Part shown: positions 1-8,514 of the stretch, in pieces
How the letters are laid out: each line of letters starts with the position of its first letter
Numbering within the stretch: the first letter of the stretch is position 1
Notes under the pieces: model-generated
What the model saw: only the letters and a program-made list of their open reading frames with translations
Databases searched by the model: none
Told to the model about the DNA's origin: nothing
Program-made: the position numbers and the translations under genes
Virus record (IMG/VR): IMGVR_UViG_3300045988_094016
Coordinates: 1 to 41,370 of that record
Direction: 5' to 3' (one strand)
DNA: 41,370 bases
Origin: a virus

Positions 1-55
1 AATAAGCTAGAAAAATTTTATCTAAATCAGAGTGCAAACTTTGACGAGCTAAAAA
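1..55. repeat. Terminal direct repeat: bases 1-55 are identical to 41316-41370 (circular-contig overlap or terminal redundancy)
   Basis: Exact 55-nt identity between the first and last bases of the window. Gene order continues across the junction. Confidence 0.9.
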
Positions 56-244
56 AATCATAATTGAGTTTATAAACACGTTGAAAATAAGCGATAATAA
101 AATAATCGAAATGCTAAAACTCGATAGAGAATTAGATAATCGCTATCTAATCAACGAGATTTAATTTAAACAAAGCGCAATAAATTAAACTTAATTGCGC
201 TTGATTTAGATTAATGTTCTTTAAGCAAACTTTAAGCATATTTA

Positions 245-253
245 TGTTATAAT
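245..253 (+). promoter_or_regulatory. Early promoter, extended -10 TGTTATAAT
   Basis: TGnTATAAT read directly from the sequence. It is the first of four tandem promoters upstream of the CDS at 542. Confidence 0.5.
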
Positions 254-296
254 ATAAGATTTTCGATATTATCACTAATTGATAATCTCTATCAAC

Positions 297-325
297 TTGA
301 CAAAATCGAAAAATTATGCTATAAT
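297..325 (+). promoter_or_regulatory. Consensus sigma70 promoter TTGACA-N17-TATAAT
   Basis: TTGACA at 297-302, an exact 17-nt spacer, and TATAAT at 320-325. Confidence 0.7.
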
Positions 326-342
326 ATCAAGTTATGCAAAGC

Positions 343-389
343 GCACAATCTGATTAAATTTAATTCAGTTTAATTTAATCAGATTGTGC
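343..389. promoter_or_regulatory. Operator-like perfect inverted repeat overlapping a promoter
   Basis: Left arm 343-360 (gcacaatctgattaaatt) is the exact reverse complement of right arm 372-389. The 11-bp spacer is taattcagttt. The right arm overlaps the TGCTATAAT -10 element at 387-395. Confidence 0.5.
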
Positions 390-395
390 TATAAT
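387..395 (+). promoter_or_regulatory. Early promoter, extended -10 TGCTATAAT
   Basis: TGnTATAAT immediately 3' of the inverted repeat. Confidence 0.5.
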
Positions 396-463
396 AACAT
401 CATCAAAGTTTAGTTTTGATGAAAATATATCAAGTTTAATTCAGTTTAATTTAAGCAAACTTA

Positions 464-472
464 TGATATAAT
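464..472 (+). promoter_or_regulatory. Early promoter, extended -10 TGATATAAT, inside the conserved element aattcagtttaatttaagcaaa
   Basis: A near-identical block of about 35 bp recurs at 40906-40940. Both are followed by the similar leaders aaagaaagagagataaaacaATG and aaagaaagagagataataaaATG. Confidence 0.55.
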
Positions 473-541
473 CTCATCAAAGCTAAAGAGATAAGCGCGC
501 AAAATCTTTGCTAAATAAAATAAAGAAAGAGAGATAAAACA

Positions 542-1015
542 ATGTTAAGTAAATCAGAGCTAATCGAAAAATTAAACTCAATAGTTGAGAGTGCTAAACT
601 CTCTAAATCAGCAAAATCAGAGTTTGACGAACTTTTAAAAGAGCTAACAACTCGCAAAGCTAGAGAGATTAAAAACCCAGATTATTATAGCGATGAAAAT
701 CAATGCGTAATGCGTTACTGCAAATATCATCAGCGTTATGAACGCGATGACGAAATGATAGCAAAAAAATCTTATTGTCGCGCTGCGAGTTTCATCTCTA
801 ATCAAAGACGAAACGAAATCAAGAGATTAGAAAATGAGCTATTAAGCTTAATTCAAACAAACGCAGACGCGAGCGAAATATCAAAGCTCGCAGACGTTAT
901 AAAAGAAAAGAAGCAAAATATGCACGCGCCCGAAACTTATGATTATGAGCGTGATAATCAATATTACGCTGAAAATTGCAAACAAAGAAAATCGAGCGCA
1001 GACGATAAAGAATAA
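542..1015 (+). CDS. Early hypothetical protein, Cys-containing, 157 aa
   Basis: First ORF after the four tandem promoters. It is followed by an intrinsic terminator. I recognise no domain. Confidence 0.6.
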   Translation: MLSKSELIEKLNSIVESAKLSKSAKSEFDELLKELTTRKAREIKNPDYYSDENQCVMRYCKYHQRYERDDEMIAKKSYCRAASFISNQRRNEIKRLENELLSLIQTNADASEISKLADVIKEKKQNMHAPETYDYERDNQYYAENCKQRKSSADDKE

Positions 1016-1026
1016 ATCAAAATAGA

Positions 1027-1056
1027 GCGCGTTATCTCTTTGATAGCGCGCTTTTA
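1027..1056 (+). terminator. Rho-independent terminator
   Basis: Stem gcgcgttatc/gatagcgcgc with one G.U pair, loop tcttt, then TTTT. Confidence 0.6.
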
Positions 1057-1099
1057 AAACTTCAAACGATAAAATTATACTCTAAAACTTCAAACGCTT

Positions 1100-1860
1100 T
1101 AAATCAAACGCTAGATAGCTTTATTTCGATTGTTAATAAACGTTAAATATTTTTAAATCAATGTTAAACGATAATGATTATAATAATCAAACTTAATTTA
1201 ATCATTTCTATACAATGAAATTTAATAATCATTATCAATTTACACTTATCTAATCATCTAACTATAATTTGCATCTAATGATAATTTGCATCTAGCGTTA
1301 AAATCATCTAGCGTTAATTTAAATGCAATTCAATAGTGAGCTAATACTATTATATTGCTATAGCGTTAAAATGCTTTAAAACGCGCCAAATGCTTTTTAA
1401 ACTATCATTGCAATTTAATTGCGCTTAATTCTTTAATCTAAATCTAGCGCGCTAGAAAAATTATTGATAAGCGTTATCATTATAAGCGTCTAAGCTAAAT
1501 GTAAGCAAACTAAGTTATAAATCGAAAAAATCGAGCTGATTTTTAGCTATGATTTACGCTGAACTATTGATATATCGAGTTTAAATCAAATAAATCAATT
1601 AAATCTAAAAAATCATCTAGTAAAAAAAAAAAGAAATTATAGCGAATTTAGAAAAAGTTGATTTTTTGATTTTTCTTGATTTATTGATTTATTTTCTGAA
1701 ACTAATCTTAAAGTTGATTTATTGATTTGTAACGATTTGTAACACGATTATCAACTAGCTTTATAATTGATAGCATTTCATTGACTTTTAAGCTTTTATC
1801 ATTATTATCACTTTATGATAATCTATAATGGTTATCAACTATCAAAATTTTTCGACGCTA
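1100..1860. other. ORF-free AT-rich iteron region, candidate origin of replication
   Basis: No ORF of 60 aa or more is present across 1.2 kb. Repeats include aatttgcatcta x2, atctagcgttaa x2, ttgatttattgattt x2 and gatttgtaac x2. There is an A11 tract at 1622-1632. The palindrome tgataagcgttatca and many TTATC(A/C)/TGATAA motifs are present. Confidence 0.35.
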
Positions 1861-2174
1861 TAATCTGAGAATCATTATCAATATCACAGCATATCTCAAC
1901 ATATCCCGCTCCACGCTTATCCAGATTTCCCATAATGCCAACTATTTTTACATAATATAATAGCCTCTAGGGAGTTCTCGCGCGCCGAACAAATCTCAGC
2001 CACTCCAGAAAATCTCACGCAAATCTAGCAACTAGCGCGGTCCTAGAACTAGCAGCTACTATCTAGTTTAGGTCGAAACTATCCTTAGTTAGCTATTTCA
2101 ATAAATGCCACACTGCCATATTAAGAATTAAATAAAGAAAATAAAGAAAATTAATCTAATTTTAAGAATAAATT

Positions 2175-2183
2175 TGATATAAT
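2175..2183 (+). promoter_or_regulatory. Promoter, extended -10 TGATATAAT
   Basis: TGnTATAAT lies 35 nt upstream of the ATG at 2218. Confidence 0.45.
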
Positions 2184-2217
2184 AACGTATAAATGAATAT
2201 AGAAAGCGAGCATAATA

Positions 2218-2637
2218 ATGGTATTAACCCTCTTAGAGCTTAAACACTCCTTTAAAGACGAAATTCTGGCTAAATGTTTTTATATCCAGCAAAGCCAGCT
2301 TAAAATCCGGGCATTGAACACGCGTCCTCAAAATGCGCACATACAAGCACTATACCCTAACCTTAAGCAATATATCACAGCCCTAGCCCTATATACAAAC
2401 ACCACTGCTAAGATAATGGATACAATAAACAGCGTATATCTGAAAAATTATAAAATTGATATCCTCTTAGGCATTGAGGATATAGTTGCTATATCTGAGG
2501 ATACTAACCTGCTCTCCCTACTGCCGAAGGACATTCAGGACTACATAGTTAGCTATAGCTCACAAATAGGGCAGGAGCTGCCGCCTGTGCCGACGCCTAC
2601 CGCAACTAAACAATCCATAGCTACTTCAAGTAAATAG
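2218..2637 (+). CDS. Hypothetical protein, 139 aa
   Basis: ORF inside the GC-elevated island. Its stop lies 9 nt before the primase-helicase ATG. Confidence 0.5.
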   Translation: MVLTLLELKHSFKDEILAKCFYIQQSQLKIRALNTRPQNAHIQALYPNLKQYITALALYTNTTAKIMDTINSVYLKNYKIDILLGIEDIVAISEDTNLLSLLPKDIQDYIVSYSSQIGQELPPVPTPTATKQSIATSSK

Positions 2638-2645
2638 GTGGTATT

Positions 2646-4994
2646 ATGGCAAATAACGAAGTGGCCACAGTGCCTAACTATACCGATATATTTTACACAG
2701 TACCACTTACAGCTCAAACGCTGGAGCGTAAGCCTGACGGCAAGAAAACAGACCCAGGTTTCCCTCAGAAAGGGTGGCTACAATACACCACAACTAGAAA
2801 TACCCAGAATACTCCGCTACTCTGCGCAATAGCCCGCCGCGACTTTATCGGCATAGATGTGGATAATACAGAGATGTTCGAGCAGCTGCTTACCATAGAT
2901 AGCTACTCGGCGGATTACATAGCTAAATCCGACCTTAAGGGTGGTCATATACTCTACGCATATAATGAGGAGGACGCGCAAGAACTAGCCCAGATACATA
3001 AATGGGCTAAGCGCGCGTCCATAGATATCCAGCTAGATAATGCGCTCATATACCTAGCTACGCCTGCGAACCACACTAAGACGCTATTAACTCCGCCGCT
3101 AACCGCGCTCCCTCAAAAGCGCATACCGCTAGGTGTTAAGGCCTTCATATATATGTGCGCGGCTAAGGCTCAACTACTCACCCAGAGCGAAACGACCACG
3201 CTAACAACAGCGAGCGACTACAATCCAGAAGTTATGGCGCATAGCACACTAGGTTATATCCTGAATATAAACAACCTCAAAACACTCTCCGACTCCGAGT
3301 TAGCTCAAGCCATAGATAAAATAATACCGCAGAAGCTGGAGTATCGCCACCCACGTGATGTCCCTAACGGAGATGGCACAGCGTGGATGACGTCCGTGCG
3401 GTTTAAATTAGCTCAAGACCCGTCGGTATCTAAAGAGCAGTTTCAGGACTTTATGCTCCTGCTTAACTCACTGTGGCAGAGCCCGATGCCTGAAGAGCGG
3501 GTTATCCACGACTGTAACTATGATATAAATAAGCGCATAAACCCGCTCACTAATAAACCGCTGTGGCAGTATAATCCAGACTGGGCGAAAGAGGGTTTTA
3601 TCTACGAGAATGAATACTCTGACATTATAGAGGTGTTTTTCGACCCTGTAAAGCAGCTGTTTATTCACCATAACCGCCAGACACAAGAGTATCACACTTA
3701 CGACAAGACCAGCGCGGTGATGAATACCGTCCTGACTGAAAGCAAACTAAGACTTAAGGTAACCACCGAGAAACTGCTTAAGAAAGTCCGCGTTATAACA
3801 ATAGTTCATACGCCTGAATACCCGGCCGGCCTGATACCGCAAGTTCAACGCGACCCGCTGTTCAACACATACCAGCCGAGCGAGGGCATAAGAATACTTC
3901 GTGGAGAGCTGGAGCCTACCAACCTGCGGCAGCCGGACACTATCTTAGCTCTGCTCCGTCACCTGATACCAGACGCCGACAACCGCGACCGCTTTTGTAG
4001 GTTCTTGGCGCGTAAGCACTCGACATACGACCACTCTGACCTCTACTTCGTGTTTGCGGGCGTTGGTGGTGCTGGTAAAAATATGTTCATAGATAACGTC
4101 CTGCCATATTTCTCCACCACAGAGCGCATATATAAAGTAAATGTCAGCTCACTAACTAATGGGTTTAATAAGTGGATGGGAGAGACCGACTACGTCATAA
4201 TAGATGAAGCCGGGGAGGGAGATACTAAAAACGAGCAGGCGAAGCTGGTGGCAGAGCTAAAGAAAATAACAGGCTCCCCTCTAGTTTCAATAACTAAGAA
4301 GGGTAAAGACACGACCGCACCACAGCGGCATTATATGACCCCGATACTGAATACTAATATGCAGACTAAGTTGATAACCGATATTGCGCAGAATGACCGC
4401 CGCTTAGTGTTATTTAAATGCCCTACTAAACTAGCTAAGGTATATCCTGACACTACAGCGTTTTACAACAATCTAATATCAGACTTACCACACTTTGCGG
4501 CTTATTTGCGCTCACTAAAGCCGTTATCAAACGAGGATTATAAAGATAACTCAAATTGGAAAAACGAGGATTATGCCGAGTATATAGAGGCGACGACCAC
4601 TCCACTAGATAAACTGCTCGAAGCAGCGGAGAATAAAGACCACACAAAACTACTTGAAGTGCTTACAGAGGACTGCGCCGTCCCTATGCAGGATATAGAT
4701 AGGTTGTTTGAGGTTTCGACCACCGACCAAGCGCGTGCAGTGTTCTACAATACCAGCGCGACTAAGGAGCTAGGGCTACCATCGCTGATTGAGCTGCTAG
4801 ATAGACACTTCTCGGCTATAGAGATAAAAAGCAAGATAGGTAAGTATAAACGCAGGGTAACGCACTATAAGAATAAAAAGCCATATAATGTGTATGTAAT
4901 AGAGTTTAGCAGGCCTTACTCTAAGCTTGATACGGTCGAAGCTATAGAACAGCCTGAAACAGAGCAAACAAACGATAACGAAATTAAGCTTTAG
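2646..4994 (+). CDS. Bifunctional primase-polymerase / SF3-type (D5/P4-alpha-like) replicative helicase
   Basis: 782 aa. The N-terminal FIGIDVDN is a DxD motif typical of primase-polymerases. A Walker A (GVGGAGKN) and Walker B (VIIDEAGEG) lie in the C-terminal half. The RBS is AGGTGG. Confidence 0.65.
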   Translation: MANNEVATVPNYTDIFYTVPLTAQTLERKPDGKKTDPGFPQKGWLQYTTTRNTQNTPLLCAIARRDFIGIDVDNTEMFEQLLTIDSYSADYIAKSDLKGGHILYAYNEEDAQELAQIHKWAKRASIDIQLDNALIYLATPANHTKTLLTPPLTALPQKRIPLGVKAFIYMCAAKAQLLTQSETTTLTTASDYNPEVMAHSTLGYILNINNLKTLSDSELAQAIDKIIPQKLEYRHPRDVPNGDGTAWMTSVRFKLAQDPSVSKEQFQDFMLLLNSLWQSPMPEERVIHDCNYDINKRINPLTNKPLWQYNPDWAKEGFIYENEYSDIIEVFFDPVKQLFIHHNRQTQEYHTYDKTSAVMNTVLTESKLRLKVTTEKLLKKVRVITIVHTPEYPAGLIPQVQRDPLFNTYQPSEGIRILRGELEPTNLRQPDTILALLRHLIPDADNRDRFCRFLARKHSTYDHSDLYFVFAGVGGAGKNMFIDNVLPYFSTTERIYKVNVSSLTNGFNKWMGETDYVIIDEAGEGDTKNEQAKLVAELKKITGSPLVSITKKGKDTTAPQRHYMTPILNTNMQTKLITDIAQNDRRLVLFKCPTKLAKVYPDTTAFYNNLISDLPHFAAYLRSLKPLSNEDYKDNSNWKNEDYAEYIEATTTPLDKLLEAAENKDHTKLLEVLTEDCAVPMQDIDRLFEVSTTDQARAVFYNTSATKELGLPSLIELLDRHFSAIEIKSKIGKYKRRVTHYKNKKPYNVYVIEFSRPYSKLDTVEAIEQPETEQTNDNEIKL

Positions 4995-5066
4995 TTAAGT
5001 TTAATTTCGATATAATAATATTATTTTAGCTATAATATATTAAATAAATGATAAAGAGAGGATACA

Positions 5067-6428
5067 ATGGACATTAAACATTTTCTATCCGACCCTAAAG
5101 AAAACGAGGCATTTATAACAGGCCCTGCAGGGAGCGGTAAAACTACAGCCCTAATCGAGGTGGTTAAACAGCTTAATGATATGGGCATAAAATATAGAGT
5201 GGTGGCATACACCCATAAAGCCAAAAATGTGCTAGTTTCTAAGCTACCAGAGGATACTGATATATCTACCCTACACTCGTGGCTTAAGAAACGCCCTAGC
5301 ATAAATGAAAAAGCTAAGAGCTTGAAAGCCTTAGTTACTACTCATCAGTTCGGGCAGCCGGTATATATCCAGCTCCTGATAGTTGATGAGTTTAGCTTCG
5401 TGGGAGAAAAGGATTATCACTCTATAGGTAAGCTCCAAGACCAGCTAGAGTTAAACTACTGGGAGCACCTAAACAATCACTGCAAAAATGCGTGCTCTAC
5501 GATACCTGCTAACCCGTATCGTAGCCCTGTAGATATACCAGACGATGAAGTGGTGCCTATCTGCGAGCACTGCGGTAAGCCCTACTCCAGAGTGTGCATA
5601 CCACCGATAAAAGTGCTGTATGTTGGCGATTTAAATCAGCTTAGCCCTGTATATGGGCCTTCAGCTGTATATCCACATCAGCCGTATTGGAGAAAATTAA
5701 CTACAGTCCACCGCACGCATAACTCGCTAACTAAACCGCTGGTACTACTTGTAGATATGATGGAGGGACGCAGAAAACAGGCATATTTAGAGCCTACAGA
5801 GGATTTTATCCGCAAAGTTGATATAGTTGAGCTATATAAACAAGACACCGACGAGGATAAAATTATGCTCGCCTACACCAATCAGCGTGTGCAGGAGATT
5901 AACGCACTTATACAAGGGCGAGCGCAGCCACAACCTGGCGATAGGTTATACGATAGCACACTAAAGCAGTTTATAGAAATTGAGGGCATACACGACACTT
6001 GGAAGTGGGATTGTAAAACTGTTAATGGGATTATAAACTACGATACTAAATATAACCCGCTAATGTTTCTTAATAAACTAGATTTTGTTAAGTTCTACCA
6101 GATAGATGAATACTTAGCTATCCCTGCGATTTTTGGTATGTTCGAGAATAAGAAAATCAGAGAGGATATAGGGCGAGAGCTAGTCGAGAAAAACAAAGCA
6201 GGCATTGACAGTAAAGCACAATATCGGCTTTATAAAACAATTAGCGATTATGTATCAATCTTAGATTTTGCGCACTGCGTAACGATACATAAGAGCCAGG
6301 GCAGCGAGTATAATCACGTTTATGTAGATAGTCAAGACTTAAGCCGATGTTTTGACCAAAACGAGCGTATGCGCTTATTATATGTAAGCATTAGCCGAGC
6401 CCGTGAGAAATGCTATTTATCAAATTAA
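5067..6428 (+). CDS. Dda/RecD-like SF1 DNA helicase
   Basis: Contains Walker A GPAGSGKTT, Walker B LLIVDEF and the SF1B motif TIHKSQGSEY. There is a Cys-rich insertion, CEHCGKP...C. Confidence 0.75.
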   Translation: MDIKHFLSDPKENEAFITGPAGSGKTTALIEVVKQLNDMGIKYRVVAYTHKAKNVLVSKLPEDTDISTLHSWLKKRPSINEKAKSLKALVTTHQFGQPVYIQLLIVDEFSFVGEKDYHSIGKLQDQLELNYWEHLNNHCKNACSTIPANPYRSPVDIPDDEVVPICEHCGKPYSRVCIPPIKVLYVGDLNQLSPVYGPSAVYPHQPYWRKLTTVHRTHNSLTKPLVLLVDMMEGRRKQAYLEPTEDFIRKVDIVELYKQDTDEDKIMLAYTNQRVQEINALIQGRAQPQPGDRLYDSTLKQFIEIEGIHDTWKWDCKTVNGIINYDTKYNPLMFLNKLDFVKFYQIDEYLAIPAIFGMFENKKIREDIGRELVEKNKAGIDSKAQYRLYKTISDYVSILDFAHCVTIHKSQGSEYNHVYVDSQDLSRCFDQNERMRLLYVSISRAREKCYLSN

Positions 6429-6441
6429 GAAAGGAGGGAAA

Positions 6442-6672
6442 ATGGTAATATTAGGTTATATATTTATAGGTATATTACTCTGCACAGCTATTATAGGTAA
6501 TGAGTTAATTAGCGAGGTTGTGCTATTATCTATAAGTATAAACGACAGCGAGCCGTATTTTAATACGTTTCTATTCGCTGTAATTATGTATTTATTAGGC
6601 CTTTTAGTTAGTTTATTATTTAGTTATGTAATTTTTATGCTTGTTTATAAAGTTTGCGAAAATATGCTATAA
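6442..6672 (+). CDS. Small hydrophobic membrane protein, 76 aa
   Basis: The track ORF begins at GTG 6403. The ATG at 6442 has the strong RBS AAAGGAGGG. There are two predicted TM segments. Confidence 0.5.
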   Translation: MVILGYIFIGILLCTAIIGNELISEVVLLSISINDSEPYFNTFLFAVIMYLLGLLVSLLFSYVIFMLVYKVCENML

Positions 6673-6708
6673 AATTACGTTTAATTAAGTAATTTTTAAG
6701 ATAGTTTG

Positions 6709-6717
6709 TGTTATAAT
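6709..6717 (+). promoter_or_regulatory. Promoter, extended -10 TGTTATAAT (first of a tandem pair)
   Basis: The context ttaagatagtttgtgTTATAAT is repeated about 90 bp downstream. Confidence 0.5.
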
Positions 6718-6799
6718 ACTATCATAAATAAAGAGAGATTAACTCTTTAGAATAAAAAATCTGAATTAAGTTTAATTAAGATAGATTTAAGCTAAAGTG

Positions 6800-6808
6800 T
6801 GTTATAAT
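6800..6808 (+). promoter_or_regulatory. Promoter, extended -10 TGTTATAAT (second of the tandem pair)
   Basis: TGnTATAAT lies 38 nt upstream of the ATG at 6846, with the RBS AAGGAG. Confidence 0.5.
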
Positions 6809-6845
6809 CTCTTTATAAAACGAAACATCACCCAAGGAGAAACAG

Positions 6846-7406
6846 ATGAAAAAGTCTGAAATTTACGAAAAGGTGCAGGCTATATGCGCTGCTCACAATT
6901 TACCAGCAGATGTTGTGGCTCAACTAAACGAGCTACTAGAGCCTAAAAATGCAGGTCGTTCTTTTAACTGGGACGATATTGTTCGCAAAGATGAAAACGG
7001 TAACGTGGTAGAAATCCAATGCAGCCTTTCAGGCGTATGGCTACCAGCTGATAGCTTACACTTTTATGCCAGCCGAGACGGCAAAGGCGTTATGGGAACT
7101 GATGGTGTAATCCTACAAAAAGTTTCTAAACAGGGCGAAAATGCTCGCAAAGCTTACCAAAAAGCTTATAACGCCAGCAAAAACGCACTTATGGACGATG
7201 TGCTTAATGGCGTTATTAGCAATGAAGAGGCTAAAGCTAAACTAGCGGAGCTAAACGCTACCGGCCCAGACTACAGCGTGGTCCATCCTTTAACTGGAGA
7301 AACATCAAGCGATGAAGTTAAAGATGAAGCCGAAGCACCTAAAAAGGGTAAAAAGGGCAAGAAATCTGCTAAAGTAGAAGCTGACCAAGAGCCAAGTGCA
7401 TACTAA
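6846..7406 (+). CDS. Hypothetical protein with a Lys-rich tail, probably highly expressed, 186 aa
   Basis: Monocistronic unit with two promoters, a strong RBS and a terminator hairpin. The C-terminus carries KKGKKGKKSAK. Codon choice (gct/cgt/ggc) differs from neighbouring genes. Confidence 0.6.
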   Translation: MKKSEIYEKVQAICAAHNLPADVVAQLNELLEPKNAGRSFNWDDIVRKDENGNVVEIQCSLSGVWLPADSLHFYASRDGKGVMGTDGVILQKVSKQGENARKAYQKAYNASKNALMDDVLNGVISNEEAKAKLAELNATGPDYSVVHPLTGETSSDEVKDEAEAPKKGKKGKKSAKVEADQEPSAY

Positions 7407-7822
7407 GAAACGAGCCCACTAATGTGGGTTCTTTAAACCCTCCTGATAAAAATGTTTGAGCGTAGGGTTGCAGGAGGGCTTAAAGAGCTCACGCTCGTTT
7501 CGGCGGGTTTTCTCTCTCAATTCTTACCGCCGATAGAGTTAATCTATTAACTATCTAGTTAATCTTTAACTCCCTAGCATAAGCTAGGTAGCTGCAATCG
7601 AGTATTGTGGCTTCCTAGCCTATGTTGTGTGATATAGGTGAAGGGACATAGTTCCTCCTTTAAATAAGTTGTGCGGCCAGCTTAGTAGTTAGTAAAGACC
7701 CGCTATTAGTTATAAGTCCTCGTCAGGCATACGAACGCGCATAATGAACACGAACGGCCCGCCGCTAAAGTTTCCCAAACGGGTTTAACACAATGTAAAA
7801 CATTTCACGCAAGGAGCGTAAT
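7404..7822 (+). other. GC-elevated, highly structured 417-bp non-coding leader / candidate ncRNA upstream of the SSB gene
   Basis: No ORF. Nested and mutually exclusive helices are present: 7407-7415 pairs with 7493-7501, 7438-7445 with 7471-7478, and 7501-7506 with 7527-7532. Further hairpins and palindromes follow. Confidence 0.3.
7413..7434 (+). terminator. Hairpin terminator (weak U-tract)
   Basis: Stem agcccac/gtgggtt, loop taat, then cttt. Confidence 0.4.
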
Positions 7823-8437
7823 ATGACGAAAGTCAAAACACTGCTAGGCACACTTAAATACGTCTTTATCGACGGAGAGGGCAGAAACACAGCAATGCAA
7901 GGCGAGGAAGAGCGTTTCCGCTATGTGGTTAGTTATGTTGTCCCTAAAGACAGCGAAGCCCATAAACATCTTAAAAAGCTTATCGACGAGGAGTGGGAAG
8001 CTTATAAGAAGCAGTTTGGAATTAAAGGGCAGCCGAAAACCAATGGCATTAAAGAGGAGATGATGAAAGACCCGAAAGGGACCATCGACCCAGAAACCGA
8101 GGACGTTAAGCGCATACCTACAGGTAATATCATAGCTACATTTAGCACAAACACTAAATGGCCTGACGGAAAAGACCAGGTTATTAAAGTGTATGATAGA
8201 AAGGGCGTAAACATTACCGAAGCAGTCCACGCAGCAGAGTGGAAAATTGGTAACGATAGCCAAGGTATTGTGTTCGGTTCAGCCCACGCAAATAACATCG
8301 GCGGCTCGCATAAGGTATCGTTGTATCTAACAGGCCTACAGATAGCTAAGTTAGTTAAATACGAGGGTAACGAGTGTGATGCGGAGGAGATTGAGGGCGA
8401 GGATATCGACGTCGGCGACGCTGCACCTGCACTCTAG
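7823..8437 (+). CDS. T7 gp2.5-like single-stranded DNA-binding protein
   Basis: Blockwise similarity to T7 gp2.5: LLGTLKYVFI...GEEE...YVVSYVVP versus ALGTAEPYAYI...NEE...YKVDLTIP. The C-terminal tail EEIEGEDIDVGDAAPAL is acidic. The RBS is AAGGAG. Confidence 0.6.
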   Translation: MTKVKTLLGTLKYVFIDGEGRNTAMQGEEERFRYVVSYVVPKDSEAHKHLKKLIDEEWEAYKKQFGIKGQPKTNGIKEEMMKDPKGTIDPETEDVKRIPTGNIIATFSTNTKWPDGKDQVIKVYDRKGVNITEAVHAAEWKIGNDSQGIVFGSAHANNIGGSHKVSLYLTGLQIAKLVKYEGNECDAEEIEGEDIDVGDAAPAL

Positions 8438-8443
8438 TAGTTT

Positions 8444-8471
8444 GGGAGCTATTTTGGCTCCCTTTTATTTT
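8444..8471 (+). terminator. Rho-independent terminator
   Basis: Stem gggagc/gctccc followed by TTTTATTTT. Confidence 0.65.
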
Positions 8472-8514
8472 AGTTAATTTATTAACTTCAATTTAACTTA
8501 ATAAGGAGCTGAAA

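Noticed and set aside
3468-3695. Antisense ORFs inside long genes, for example 3468-3695(-), 4453-4647(-), 7844-8263(-), 8002-8298(-), 11039-11296(-), 12544-12861(-), 22490-22771(+), 25885-26193(+), 30068-30292(+), 35586-36204(+), 37350-38520(+)
   Set aside because: They are fully embedded opposite well-supported genes, have no RBS and are of low complexity. They are most likely frame artefacts.
4994-5066. Promoter for the Dda-like helicase (TATAAT at 5011-5016 and 5031-5036)
   Set aside because: Both lack an upstream TG and have no acceptable -35 element. They are not distinguishable from background in this AT-rich spacer.
7640-7790. Possible tRNA in the GC-rich intergenic regions (7404-7822 and 1870-2217)
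   Set aside because: No GTTCGAATC-type T-arm is present, and the candidate acceptor stems gcggcc/ggcccgc are about 100 nt apart. The geometry does not fit a tRNA.
6846-7822. Group I intron or homing-endonuclease remnant in the structured GC-rich spacer
   Set aside because: The spacer lies between a stop codon and an RBS-preceded start, not inside a gene. No HNH or GIY-YIG ORF is present and no split exon is evident.
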